64,000 nucleotides of DNA from Tubiluchus corallicola (taxonomy: Eukaryota; Animalia; Priapulida): assembly GCA_030141605.1 (NCBI GenBank), contig JAQGDQ010000802.1, forward strand, positions 1 to 64,000, in the 5' to 3' direction. The notes below the pieces were generated by a model. It was not told the origin of the DNA. It did not search any database and saw nothing but the letters and a program-made list of their open reading frames with translations. Positions 39,168 through 51,930 of the stretch are shown here, in pieces (positions within the stretch are counted from its first letter, which is position 1; each line of letters starts with the position of its first letter). The position numbers and the translations under genes were made by a program.

Positions 39168-39293
39168 GAAGGTGACCTGCAAAGCCACGTGGGGAGATTG
39201 AAGCAAAGCAAATCTGACTTAATCAAACGCATATCTGTATTAAAACATGACATAGTCGAAATAGAAACCCAACAGAATGAAGCCATTAGAGAG
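39168..39293 (+). CDS. PHLDB: PHLDB-like exon 10, coiled coil (EGDLQSHVGRLKQSKSDLIKRISVLKHDIVEIETQQNEAIRE)
   Basis: TTTTCTTGCAG acceptor, GAG|GTAAGA donor, phase 0->0. Confidence 0.9.
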
Positions 39294-39578
39294 GTAAGAC
39301 TCTTTCTCCTGCTTTAGTTATTTAATTCTAGGTGTTTTTTGAACGTTTTTAGAGTCATAATTTATGCTGCATTTGGCCCGAAACCTGCAAATTGATGCGT
39401 TTAAAGAATTTGTTCTTAAAGAGAGACATTACCTTTCCCTTAGAGTAAAATATTAAAGGCTAGACTGCCCACAAAAATCTGTTTCTGTCTTTTCGCATGA
39501 ACTCAAAACGTGTCAATAGGGAGGAAGGAAAAAACTAAAAATTTTGCGAATTATTTGTGTTCTCTTTTTACGTTTTAG

Positions 39579-39677
39579 TTGGAGATGGAGAGAGCATTAT
39601 TGGAGGGGGAACATCAGATACAGATGGAGAAGCTTCAGCAAGATCAGCATCGCATTAACGAGCTTAAAAACAAACAG
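39579..39677 (+). CDS. PHLDB: PHLDB-like exon 11 (LEMERALLEGEHQIQMEKLQQDQHRINELKNKQ)
   Basis: TTTTAG acceptor, CAG|GTTTCT donor; LEMERALLxGE is a PHLDB-family motif. Confidence 0.92.
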
Positions 39678-40479
39678 GTTTCTTGTTTTATTCTCATTAG
39701 TCATTTCGAATTACAGTAAATCATGTTTTGTTCCATTTTCAGGGATGAGAATTTTTCGTGGATTCGCGGAATTCCGAGTTTTTGGAAGACCAGTAGTGCC
39801 ATTTTTGTAAATCACATAAATTCGTTGAGAAAATGTTTACGGACCTAGTACATTATTTCACAAGCTGACCGCTAGGTGGCAGGCCGTCACTTTGGTTACA
39901 TCACGTACATCAGTGTAACCACGTGTATATCTCTATGTATAAAAATATAGAATCAATTGTGCGGGGTTATTTGAGTCAATTGCAGACAGTTTTTATATAC
40001 TTTTGCATAGGAGCGGCCAGTACTTAGGCGTTTTTGAGACAATTAGGTATCATGTATCCTTGATAGTTGGGTATTTTAAATTATGCATGAAACAAGGTAA
40101 TTGATATTTTAAATCCACTTAAAGGCTCTCTATGGTCACAAAATTGCAATTTCAACCCCATTGCATCCTTAAAGCCCCCGGCCTGTTTCAGAGTTTTTTG
40201 CAATTTGTCATTCTCATCCCTGCATTTTAAGCAGATCAACATGTTTGCTTTACTAGGTAGTTGACTATTGTTTAGTGTTCGCGAAAAATATTTGAAGCTT
40301 CTGATAATAAAAGTGAGATAAGTGTCTTGTGTAATTGGTAAAATCTCTTTAAAGTCACAATCATTTCACATTTGTTGATCTCCCATTTTGAATGATCATT
40401 TTTCCGCTAATGACGTTTTGCACGGCCTGAATAGTTTGTCACCATCATTTTCCATCAAAAGTATGAGTTTTTACAGAAG

Positions 40480-41340
40480 GTCAGAAGTTAAGTGTACCCG
40501 ACAATGCAGTTGTACTAGTAACAGTTTTAATAGCTAGCTAGAACCTTACCTAGTCCATTTTTTCTTGTTCCCAAGCAAGATCCTGCTAGTAAATCACTCT
40601 ACGCACAGATTAATGCATAGCTAAGTAAAGTCCACGTAAAACAACTGAAGTTACTGAACTGATGCGACAGAAGGCTTTGCTTACAGAAGAACTGTCACAA
40701 TGAAGAAATGAATGAAAAAGTCACACCTCAGAAGTTAAGTGTACCAGACAACACATTTGTTTGCGCTTAATAACACCTCGCAGCCCAAGCTGTTGTAATA
40801 GTAACAGTTTTAATAGCTAGCTAGATTCTGCCTGTAAATCACTCTACTAATGCATAATTAAGTAAAGGCCATGTAAAGCAACTGAAGTTACAGAACTGAT
40901 GCGGCAGACGACTTTACTTTACCCATTTGTAACGTAACAGTTGTAGTTAAAATGCGTCACTGTGGTACACTTAACCTTTGATCTATAGCAACTGTTCATG
41001 CGCGCAACGATACTGTGAAAACTATTCTTTAAGCAACTGAAGTTACTGAACTGATGCAGCAGATAACTTTGCTTTACCCACATGTCACGTAACAGTTGTA
41101 GTTAAGATGCGTTGCTGAGGTACACTTAACCTTTGATCTACAGGAAATGTACATGCGCACAACGAAACTGTGAAAACTATTCTTTAAGCAACTGAAGTTA
41201 ATGAACTGATGCAGCAGATAACTTTGCTTTACCCACATGTCACGTAACAGTTGTAGTTAAGATGCGTTGCTGTAGTACACTTAACCTTTGATCTGTAGCA
41301 ATTGTTCGTGCACACAACGAAATTGTGAAAACTATTCTTT
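40480..41340. mobile_element. Rearranged and tandemly triplicated copy of the 27181 MITE family
   Basis: Three copies of AAGCAACTGAAGTTA...GTGAAAACTATTCTTT. Confidence 0.8.
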
Positions 41341-41441
41341 CCTGTTACGTATAACTTTCTAGCGTAATTCTAAGCAACATAACATTGTATGTAGCTTTTT
41401 GGGACATTATTAAAAATTCTCTTTTCTTTCTCTTCAACCAG

Positions 41442-41621
41442 ATTGCCCTGGCGCAGACAGCGGCTGAAACTCGGGACTTCAGTCAGCAGCGTATAGAGGA
41501 AGCCAGGATCAAGCTAGAAGTGATGGAGCATCGACTCTACGAGATGGAGCAGAGCTTAGAGGAAAGTCACAACGAGGAAGACGAGGATCGTTTGTTGGAG
41601 CGTTACAAGCGAGAACAAGAG
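41442..41621 (+). CDS. PHLDB: PHLDB-like exon 12, coiled coil (IALAQTAAE...ERYKREQE)
   Basis: Long pyrimidine tract plus CCAG, GAG|GTGGGT donor, phase 0->0. Confidence 0.9.
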
Positions 41622-42229
41622 GTGGGTGCTGCCATCTTGCATCACTGAATTGTATTAATTGCACGTATGAGAATACTACGCAGGAGACTGCATAGGCACC
41701 GCTGTGACGCATTTGCCAATTATAGAAAAATGTGCTTTTCCGTTAAGAAATAACTGATTACAGACTGAGTGAACGTAATCTTAGGATGTTCTATTATATA
41801 TTGCTAATTTGTTTCATGTTTAACTTGTAAGCTTGTTTGCTTATCAATAAATTTGCTAGTTTTATGTTGTTATTGTGTTCAACTAAAGTTGGAATAACAT
41901 TAGTGTTGTTAATGCAATGCAACAAACATTTGTAGTTAAGACTTCTTCGGAAAGCGTTTTTGGGCATATAGGGACTATTTAGCTCAATCATTTTGATGAA
42001 AAATTTTTGACCTTCGGTTAATGGGTCAAGGTCACCTGCACGAAGATTCAAGAAAACGACTCCATATTGGAAAAGAAATGACAGAAATTCACTATGATGA
42101 TCTAGCATCATAATAAATGTAAATAGTTAGAGGTCATACAAAGGTCATAGTTCATAATATGCACAGAAAGGCTATCCATCAAAGTAGCAGTGGGGTGGCT
42201 AAGTCTCAACAACGTATTGTAGTGTGACA

Positions 42230-43368
42230 GCTTATCTGAGGTCAACATTATATGATGTACTATTTGAAGTCAAGGTTATCTGAGGTCAAGATTCTGTGAT
42301 AGGTGATTTTGGGTCAAGGTCGTGTGACAGGTTTCTGAGGTTAAAGTCTTGTGATAGGTTATTTGAGGTCAAGGTCATGTGACAGGTTTCTGGGTTTAAG
42401 GTCTTATGATAGGTTATTTGAGATCAAGGTCGTGTGACAGGTTTCTGAGGTTAAGGTCTTGTGATAGGATATTTGAGGTCAGGGTCATGTGACAGGTTTC
42501 TGAGATTAAAGTCTTGTGATAGGTTATTTGAGGTCAAGGTCGTGTGGCAGGCTTCTGAGGTTAAAGTCTTGTGATAGGTTATTTGAGGTCAAGGTCATGT
42601 TACAGGTTTCTGAGGTTAAAGTCTTGTGATAGGTTATTTGAGGTCAATGTCGTGTGACAGGTTTCTGAGGATAAAGTCTTGTGATAGGTTATTTGAGGTC
42701 AAGGTCATGTGACAGTTTTCTAGGGTTAAAGTGTTGTGATAGGTTATTTGAGGTCAAGGTCATGTTACAGGTTTCTGAGGTTAAAGTCTTGTGATAGGTT
42801 ATTTGAGGTCAAGGTCATGTGACAGGTTTCTGAGGTTAAAGTCTTGTGATAGGTTATTTGAGGTCAAGGCCGTGTGACAGGTTTCTGGGGTTAAAGTCTT
42901 GTGATAGGTTATTTGAGGTCAAGGTCGTGTGACAGGTTTCTGAGGTTAAAGTCTTGTGATAGGTTATTTGAGGTCAATGTTGTGTGACAGTTTTCTGGGG
43001 TTAAAGTGTTGTGATAGGTTATTTGAGGTCAAGGCCGTGTGACAGGTTTCTGGGGTTAAAGTCTTGTGATAGGTTATTTGAGGTCAAGGTCGTGTGACAG
43101 GTTTCTGAGGTTAAAGTCTTGTGATAGGTTATTTGAGGTCAAGGCCGTGTGACAGGTTTCTGGGGTTAAAGTCTTGTGATAGGTTATTTGAGGTCAAGGT
43201 CATGTGACAGGTTTCTGAGGTTAAAGTCTTGTGATAGGTTATTTGAGGTCAAGGCCGTGTGACAGGTTTCTGAGGTTAAAGTCTTGTGATAGGTTATTTG
43301 AGGTCAAGGTCGTGTGACAGGTTTCTGAGGTCAAAGTCCTGTGATAGGATACTTGAGGTCAAGGTCTT
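42230..43368. repeat. 55-bp minisatellite, about 20 copies, rich in AGGTCAAGGTC
   Basis: Unit GTGATAGGTTATTTGAGGTCAAGGTCGTGTGACAGGTTTCTGAGGTTAAAGTCTT. Confidence 0.95.
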
Positions 43369-43387
43369 TGATATTTTTTATTTTCAG

Positions 43388-43534
43388 AGACTGGAAAACG
43401 AAAGGAAAATTTTCGAGGATCTGGAATTCCAGCAGTTGGAAGCCGAAGCCAAGTTTGAGGAGGAACAAGAACAGCTTCAGACGGAGATGATGGCCGAACA
43501 GAACGTTCTCATTGAAAAGTATAAGGCAAGAGAG
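43388..43534 (+). CDS. PHLDB: PHLDB-like exon 13 (RLENERKIFEDLEFQQLEAEAKFEEE...)
   Basis: TTTTTCAG acceptor, GAG|GTTTGT donor; FEDLEFQQLE is a PHLDB signature. Confidence 0.94.
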
Positions 43535-43643
43535 GTTTGTGTAGTGGGTGGCGGGAACGGCCTCTCCTTTCTTTTATTTTATTTGCATGTAGTTGATTTT
43601 ACGCTTTTCTTTTATTTATAATAGCAGACTAACAGTTGCATTT

Positions 43644-44010
43644 GTATAGGGTGACACATTTTAATATACAGGGTGACTCATTTTGATGTACAGGGTGATT
43701 TATTTTGATGCACAGGGTGACCCATTTTGATGTACAAGGTGATTAATTTTGATATACAGGTGACCCATTTTGATGTTCAGGGTGATTCATTTTGATGTAC
43801 AGGGTGACCCATTCTGATGTATAGGGTGATTCATTTTGATGCACAAGGTGACTCATTCTGATGTACAGGGTGACCCATTTTGATGTACAGGGTGACCCAT
43901 TCTAATGTACAAGGTGGCTCATTTTGATGTACAGGGTGACTCATTTTGGTGTATTGGGTGACCCATTTTGATATACAGGGTGACTGATTTGTTGTGCAGT
44001 GTGACCTTTT
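43644..44010. repeat. 22-bp minisatellite (TACAGGGTGACCCATTTTGATG), about 16 copies
   Basis: Direct reading. Confidence 0.92.
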
Positions 44011-44378
44011 TTCGATGCGATAATTTTTACCTGTCAATGTAAAACAGAAACTTCATAAATAGTTAAACAAACGATGTGAAAAAATATTGTTAAAAAGTGC
44101 GTGTCTGAAAGTTAAGTTAAATTTAAAAAGAGTTCGTCTTCAAAAATGGTTAGAACTCCTCAAAATTTTTTTGGCCGATTAAATTAGTTTTTCGCATTGC
44201 AAACTCGGAGAGAATTTTACGCATGCAGGTTTGTGAAAATGTTTAGCTACTGCGTATTGTTTAATGAAGAATCAAATGATGTCATTTATGAATTATGCTA
44301 TGTTTTGCTCGTTAGACTTTGAACTAAACTGTAGATGTTTCATATTTATGAGATGAAACAAGCAAATATTTCTGTATA

Positions 44379-44862
44379 CAGTCATACCTCCGTTGTCGAC
44401 CGTCTCCGTACTCGTACAAATCGGTTTTCGACCAGAAAATTCGAGCTGAAATTGTCTCCGCTTTCGACCAGAATTTCGGTACTCGACTAACCGCCAAGTG
44501 CGTGATGAACCGAGTAGAGCCGAGCGTAACCGACCGCGCCCGAGAGTAGTCTCGCGCAAAATTTGAATGTACAACATCGCTAAGTACTTTCTACGCTTTT
44601 TCATGCAGGAACAATTATGTTTTTCTTTCTAATTAATTCTATTATGTTTTTCTTATCAATTATATCATATCTACTGTTTGAATAAACATTTTTGCATTAT
44701 TATATTTCGTTTTAGTAATACTTTACTGTTAATTTAGTGCTTGAGAACGGATTATTTGCCTTTACATTATTCCTTATGGGAATAAATGATTCAGTTCTCA
44801 ACGAAATCGGCTTTCAAACACTTTTTACGAACGAATTACGGTCAAAAACCGAGGTATGTCTG
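44379..44862. mobile_element. Tigger/pogo-like MITE
   Basis: TA-CAGTCATACCTC ... GAGGTATGTCTG-TA. Confidence 0.85.
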
Positions 44863-45329
44863 TATAACGAATGTGTGCTGTGTAACCTATCCGAAGACAC
44901 GTTGTACAATTTTCATTTTCTGAGAATTGACGAGTTTTCACAACACATAATTTAAATATATTGCGAAAAACTTTTATATAAGTTTTTATATATGTCATTA
45001 TGCTAATATTATGAAGTACAGTGTAAATTTTTAGTAAAACATATGTAATATGAATTGTTTGCATACTAAATGAAACAGTCCTTATTTTGCAGGCGTGCGT
45101 TATTTTGATTTAACACAAATTTTTGGTTTTAATTGCTGTTGCTTATATTTTTATTATTTTTATTTGGGATGGAATTATTTCATTTTACTAGTTTGCACAT
45201 TTTGTGGTTTGGGTTTCTTCCAAGCACATGCATGATCTACACACTAACCACGTAATTACATAATCGAAGTTCTTGGTTATCAGTTTATGCTAAAGTTTGC
45301 TTAAGGAATCGAGCTCTTGTTTATGTATA

Positions 45330-45830
45330 CACTCACATCTCAGTTTGCCGGACCTCGCTTTTACGGATATCGAAAAAATTCGACAAAATCTGGACCGTAA
45401 AAAGTCCAGCATACTATGAACGCCGTTCGTTATTTCGCGAGTGACCGCTAGATGGCGGGGCGTCATTTTTTACATCATTACATCAGAGCAACTAAGCAGC
45501 GTGTAATGACCGTATTTAACATAAATTATGGTGCATGAAAACGACATAAAAATAGTAGAAACTCATTGGCCACGCAAAAGTATCTTATTTAAGCACACGC
45601 AGAAAAATATTGAGTCAATTATGCGGAGTTATTTGAGTCAATTGCTGACAGTTTTATATACTTTTGCATAAGAGTGGCTCATACTACGTGTTTTTGAAAC
45701 AATTAGGTGTTTGATTCTACATTACCATGAGTCAAATACACGGCGCCTACTGTTTTAGCTTAGTATCGGTAAATACAGACAAATTTGGAATCCACATCAC
45801 CCTTTTGTCCCGGAAAGAGAGTCATGAGTG
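45330..45830. mobile_element. MITE of the CACTCA(T/C)ATCTC family
   Basis: TA-CACTCACATCTC ... TCATGAGTG-TA; internal sequence is the inverse of 17127-17497. Confidence 0.75.
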
Positions 45831-46307
45831 TACTGTACTTAATAGATTTCAATAATTATTTTCAACCGATAACAGTTACCGTGTTCGATAAAAAGGAATA
45901 AAAGGGGGAATTCTAAGCTATGTCTCAAAAAATTATATGTCTCAAGATATATTAAATTACTTTGCATTACGTTTACCTGCTTCAAAGACTTGTGTAGCTA
46001 CAAAAAAAAAACACATATTACTGATCTTGTTGATAAGATAGTTTATAATTTTGCTTAGTGAAGTGTATGCTACGAATGCTCTGGTTATTTTTTCAAAGTT
46101 TACGCTGTGTTATTTAAACCAATTTCAAAGACTTACCATTAACGGTTATCGCAGGAGTTTAAATTTATGAGTTTTGCACGGCATTGCTACAACTCTGCTA
46201 AATTGAATAAAGCAGATAGTATGGCATGTATGAGTGACCAAGGGCTTGATTATATAATATAGTATAGTGCACTAATTGACTAAAACAGTACAACAGCCTT
46301 TCATCGC

Positions 46308-46636
46308 TAGGGGTGAGCATTCTCTACCAGAAAGCGAATTCGAATCGAACAAGTTTTGGAACAAGTTTTATAACCACCAGTAAAAATTAGTCTTACAAAG
46401 ATCATGCATATCACTAGATTTTGTTCTGCAATAAAACGACTAGTAATTTGTTTAAAATTGTGTGCAGAAATCACAACTAAATTATGCTAATTGCATGATG
46501 TTTCAATCGTTTTAGTGATAAAGAACATGCGTGATTGAAGTGCTGAATTATTGGAATCTATAGTTTTGGATTCGAATCGAGTTTGAAATAAAAAAACTCG
46601 TTCGAATCGAATTCGAGCGTTCGATGCTCACCCCTA
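46308..46636. mobile_element. hAT MITE
   Basis: TIR TAGGGGTGAGCAT / ATGCTCACCCCTA; perfect 8-bp TSD TTCATCGC. Confidence 0.95.
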
Positions 46637-46727
46637 TTCATCGCTGTATAGATACGGGTCCGTTTATTACGCCTTGCGCTGTATTAACTCTTTTAACAAA
46701 AGAACGTGTTCTGATTGCTGCATTTAG

Positions 46728-46838
46728 GCTAAACTACAAGAAATCGACACTCAGCAACGAGACATGTTACATCAAGTCAAGTCGCAGACCGAAATATTGG
46801 AGAAGAATCGGCAGAAGCTAGTCGAGGAATTTCGCAGG
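46728..46838 (+). CDS. PHLDB: PHLDB-like exon 14 (AKLQEIDTQQRDMLHQVKSQTEILEKNRQKLVEEFRR)
   Basis: CATTTAG acceptor, AGG|GTAGGT donor, coiled-coil pattern, phase 0->0. Confidence 0.88.
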
Positions 46839-46850
46839 GTAGGTAAAGAG

Positions 46851-47180
46851 CAGAATAGAATAGAATAGAATTCTCTTTATATATATATATGTTTATTGAC
46901 TGATAAAGAGATAGTCGAACATGATACTTTAGTTCAGTCCATAGATCACTACAAAAAACGACTTTTGATCATATAACATGATTATTACTGTCCAAAAACA
47001 GCTAAAGAGTTATTTACAAATTTACAATATAACTTTGGGTTTCCATCGAAAAATTCATGCAAATCGTTGAAGCTCAGTTCAGTGTTATCTTCACGAAGGT
47101 GATTCGTAAGTGGACAGAAACAGATAACATTCTCTTCTGTTTGAATGTTTAAGCCAGAACAGGAGCATAGCCTGTCTGTT
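46851..47180 (-). mobile_element. LINE 3' fragment with pentanucleotide tail
   Basis: Minus strand reads DRLCSCSGLNIQTEENVICFCPLTNHLR (degenerate CCHC); (AGAAT)n at 46852-46870. Confidence 0.65.
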
Positions 47181-48159
47181 TACATAGAACACATTAAATT
47201 GTATACACGGTATTTCTATAATGGTCCGTGACATGTTAGTAGTAGTTAAAATGTCAAACAGAACAGAATACCTTAAAATTAAACAAAGCTAAAAACCGAC
47301 TGAAGTACTAAAACTGACGAATCATTAAATTATTTGTAAAATTAAATCTGGGCTGAAAGCTAAAGTTAGATAAAAATACTTAATTAAATAGATTAAAGTT
47401 CCTTGCAAAATTAATCCTAATAAAAACAGAAATTAAACAACATTAGGTACAAGTATTAAATCAGACAAATTATAAGACACTTTGTAAAAAGTGTGCTTGC
47501 ATATCAAAATCGTGCAAAAGTCGGGAATTAAGCTTTTCTAGTTATTCACAAATCCTGTATCTCCATTTCACGAGGATCATTTTAATACCAAGTTCATTGC
47601 TCTATGTTGTTTCAAAGCTGAGATAATCCATGTTGAAGTTGAGGTGCAGGCTGCGCACTGAAAAACGTAATCTTGAGAAAATCACTGTTAAAATTAGCCA
47701 TGACAGTAGAGTTACTCAGTGTTCTAAATTTATGTGATAAAACGGATTTCATAGCAGCGATAAACGATATTTTAAATGACACATTAATGAATAAAGGTTT
47801 TCGGTGACAACAATCACTGATGTTCTAAACAACACATCCAGGCAGTTCAGCAGAAAAAACTCAGTAAGCGGAAGCTAAATGCTTCTCATTCTGAACTAGT
47901 TATATGTAGAGTATTAGACTGTGCAATGCTGACTTATCACAGTTTGAATGCCTAATGGAGCGTTCACAGTAACGAGTTTTCTCTCTGACATCAACTCGCA
48001 TGTGCGAACCGTTCTGCAAGTTACTCTCGGCAGGAAATTTGAAACTTACCCACAAGTTCTACAAGTTCATTTCCTGCGAGTTACTGTCTAGTGTGAACGC
48101 CTCGGCGACACTTCTCGCACCGAATAGAGTGTCAGTTCGCACTTACTCCTCGGAAGGTG

Positions 48160-48772
48160 ACTGTCGCAGCAAATTTTTCTCTCTAGTCTGAATATGCTTG
48201 AAAGTTACTTGGCGAGTTACTGAGCAAGAACATTTGCTAGTCTGACTGTCGCAGCAAATTTTTCTCTCTAGTTTGAATATGCTTGAGAGTTACTTGGCGA
48301 GTTACTGAGCAAGAACATTTGCTAGTCTGAATACGCTTGAGAGTTACTTGGCGAGTTACTGAGCAAGAACATTTGCTAGTCTGAATACGCTTGAGAGTTA
48401 CTTGGCGAGTTACTGAGCAAGAACATTTGCTAGTCTGAATACACTTGAGAGTTACTTGGCGAGTTACTGAGCAAGAACATTTGCTAGTCTGAATACGCTT
48501 GAGAGTTACTTGGCGAGTTACTGAGCAAGAACATTTGCTAGTCTGACTGTCGCAGCAAATTTTTCTCTCTAGTCTGAATATGCTTGAGAGTTACTTGACG
48601 AGTTACTGAGCAAGAACATTTGCTAGTCTGAATACGCTTGAGAGTTACTTTGCGAGTTACTGAGCAAGAACATTTGCTAGTCTGACTGTCGCGGCAAATT
48701 TTTCTCTCTAGTCTGAATATGCTTGAGAGTTACTTGGCGAGTTACTGAGCAAGAACATTTGCTAGTCTGAGT
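48160..48772. repeat. 54-bp tandem array with longer variant units
   Basis: GAGTTACTTGGCGAGTTACTGAGCAAGAACATTTGCTAGTCTGA repeated. Confidence 0.92.
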
Positions 48773-48838
48773 GCGTCGTAAGATTCATATGACAGCGGTA
48801 GAATTGCTGAGATTCTAATGATTTTGTCGTAATTTCAG

Positions 48839-48976
48839 GAGAAGTTAAAGCTAGCGGCTCTGGATCGTCGCATCAAGCAAATGTCAGCGATCGGTCTCCT
48901 GACTCCCCTGGAAAGCGTGGACAACAGCGAAAACAACAGCGAGAGATCGTCAGATGCAGAAAACGACCACAGTTTG
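48839..48976 (+). CDS. PHLDB: PHLDB-like exon 15 (EKLKLAALDRRIKQMS...ENDHSL)
   Basis: ATTTCAG acceptor, TTG|GTAAGT donor, phase 0->0. Confidence 0.88.
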
Positions 48977-48996
48977 GTAAGTACAATTTTGTCATT

Positions 48997-49669
48997 TGTG
49001 TGCTTGTATAGCAAAATCGTCCATAAGTCGGCAATTAAGCTTTTCTAGTTATTCATATATCCTGAATCTACATTTCATGAGGATCATTTTGATACCAAGT
49101 TCATGGCTCTATGTTATTTCTAAGCTGAGATAATCCACGTTGAAGTGGAGGTGCAGGCTGCACACTGAAAAACATAATCTTGAGAAAATCTCTGTTAAAG
49201 TCAGCCATTGTTTTTTGTCGCATTTACACGTACATTACAAAACACTTAGAAACTATACAAATGTTGGTTGCTACGGGCTTTGCAAGAACACATTGAAGTT
49301 ATGTTTAAACCCAGGAGATGGCTCTTCCTGACGAAGGTCTGGGCTTGACAACAGAAAAAACCTGAAGCAAAATGGCTGCTTCCATGAGCTACAATGGGAG
49401 TTTGATAATACAAGTTTTTTACAATTGCAGTACTAGTTTCTAGACAGAAAAGTGAGTATGGGGTTATAAAATTAGATTTTTAGTATTATTTAAACATTTT
49501 CTTGACAATTTAGTGCTTGAATATCACAGTCCAATATATTTAGCATTGATTTTTTACAAATAACCAAAAATTGACATTTGACCAAATTTTTGGTGCATTC
49601 TACTTTGAAGTTTCATAGCGTAGTTTTAAGTCTGCCGACTTATGGACAGTTTTGGTTTGCAAGCACACA
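48997..49669. mobile_element. MITE with about 36-bp TIR (partial second copy 47490-47700)
   Basis: TGTGTGCTTG...GTCCATAAGTCGGC / GCCGACTTATGGAC...CAAGCACACA. Confidence 0.85.
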
Positions 49670-51930
49670 TTTAATTAAATATGAGCATTCTATGTTTAAG
49701 TGCTTTGTATGTAGCACCATCTTGTGGCAGTTGTGAGAGTTAATGATAATCAGACAGAAAATGATTCCAGTTTGATACGTGTCGTTTTCGTTGTTTCAAG
49801 TGGAAATAAGAATGCTGTGCTTTTATGCATTGTGCGTGCTACCATCTAGTGGCAATTGTAGGAATTACGGAAAGTCATCCACTGCATTCCCTCGGCTAGA
49901 ACACAACGATACAGTATCACAAATGGCGCATTTTATGAGGAAGTAAAGTTTCCCTAACTTGATTGCACGCCAAACAAATGTTAGCAAACCATTGTCTAGC
50001 AGCATAGTTAAGCTAGTTACTAAAGAAATCAAATTGGAATCGATTCAAATTTCTACCTTTCCAGATAGACAGATAATGTTATCTTTCTCTTGTAATACAC
50101 GCAATAATAAACAGCTTCATATATATATAGCCTCAAGAATAAATTGTTATTATTAGTAAAAAGGGTGGCAAAAAAACCCCAGAGGTTATCAAATCAGCCA
50201 CCCTTTAATTAAAATTATAACAAGAATATTTAGAGACGAAATAAGCATACATTGAGAATATCAAACTGAAATAACTCTCTATAAACACTAGCGAATCGAA
50301 TTTCAAGATTTCGAATTCGGATGGAATAGGAATTCAGGTTTTAAGATTTAGTGATAAATTTCAAGTCAACAAAAAAACTCGATTTAGCTCTGAGTTGATA
50401 AAGAATTAAAAAAAATATAAATGGAGATTTTACCGCTAAATTGTGCCGGAAGTTTCAAAAGTTTTAATGATATAAAGGACGAATGTGATTGAAATGATGA
50501 GTTCTTCTAATTAATGGTTCTAGAATCAAGTTGAATTTAAACTAGTTGACAATGTTTCTGACGTGGTCAGAAACTGAAGATTTTGCAAACAATAGTTGTA
50601 AAATTCAGCCTTAAAAATGAAGAGATGACAGCCTTTTTAAAAAATGCTCTTTTCTTTTATTGAATTGCTTGAATACACGGAAAGTGCATTTCACCACGAA
50701 GTCTCAGCATTTAACTGTTCAGCCCATCACCCACGGGTCAAAGGTCAACAATCTTGGTATAACTTACATCATTGAGTTTGCCTCATCGAGGCCTTGCATT
50801 TGATATACAACAAGCTGCTTTTGGTAGACCCCGGAGGGCATTTGTCTCCTCGACCCCTATTTTGCCCCTAACTGGGTCACAGGTTAATGATTCACACTGT
50901 AACTTACACCATTCGATTCGCCTCATCGCGACCTTTCATTTGGTATGCTACATGGTACTATTCTAAGACACTTGATGCACTTCAGTTCCCGACCCATTTT
51001 TCAGTTTTTGTCCCTTGATGGGGTCACCGGCTAACTATTCTCATTGTAACCTTTGCCATTCGATCCGCCTCATCGAGACCTTTCATTTGATATTGCTACA
51101 AGCTACCTTTGCTCAATACTTGGTGCACTTCAGTTCCCGACCCATTTTTCGGTTTTTACCCTCTTTGAGGCCTTTCATTTGATATGCTACATGGTACTAT
51201 TCTAAGACACTTGATGCATTTCTGTTCCCGACCCTTTGGTTTTTGCCTCCTAGCGGAAAGTTTCTCCCGCCTTCAAATCACCCACATTTTGCCATATCCA
51301 ACAACTTGGCTCCACTTAACCACATACCAAATATTGTCACCTTAGCTCAAAAACTGTGGAAATAGATGGATCCTAAAGAAAAATAAATGAAGACGCGACC
51401 GCTTCGTGACCTTTGACCCGGCAACTCGGGTCGTGTGTATACGTACCTATCTTTGGCCAGAGAGTGTACCCTGTGAATTTTGTGTCCCTAGCACTCAGCA
51501 TGTAAAAGGTCACAAATTAGAGGCACCCCAAATTTTGCATTTAGGCCCCTCACCCGGGCATTTAAAGCTTGTCAGGTTTTTAAAACCCCAGGTACATACC
51601 TCCCCCACAGTGCTCAAATACTTGTGAAAAAAAATTAGAAAAAACCAAAAGCCCTAGGAGGAGATGCGACCTAACGGAAAAACTGACCGTTGCCCACTGT
51701 CCTTCCCCCCTTGATCAGTGGTCACTGGTTGTTATACTGTTGTACGTCCTCCGCCCAGGGCTACCAACCCTGTGAGTTTGGTGACCCCAGCTTGCAAAAC
51801 TTACGAGTTATTAAGCGTTAAAGTGGCGGAGAATAAATAGATAATAATAAAAATAATAACTCAATGGAAAACAGTAAGATTTTGCTGTAGCAATAACAAA
51901 ATCGTAATAAAAAGTAATCCAGGAGTTAGC

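Noticed and set aside
45093-45098. 6-nt microexon after TTATTTTGCAG
   Set aside because: Good acceptor and nearby TGCATG/ACTAAC motifs, but the donor (GTTATT) is too weak to support without RNA data
49326-49360. Minimal hammerhead ribozyme (CTGACGAAGGTC...GAC...GAAA)
   Set aside because: Stem II is not adjacent to GAAA and I could not form stems I and III by eye; an Infernal search would settle it
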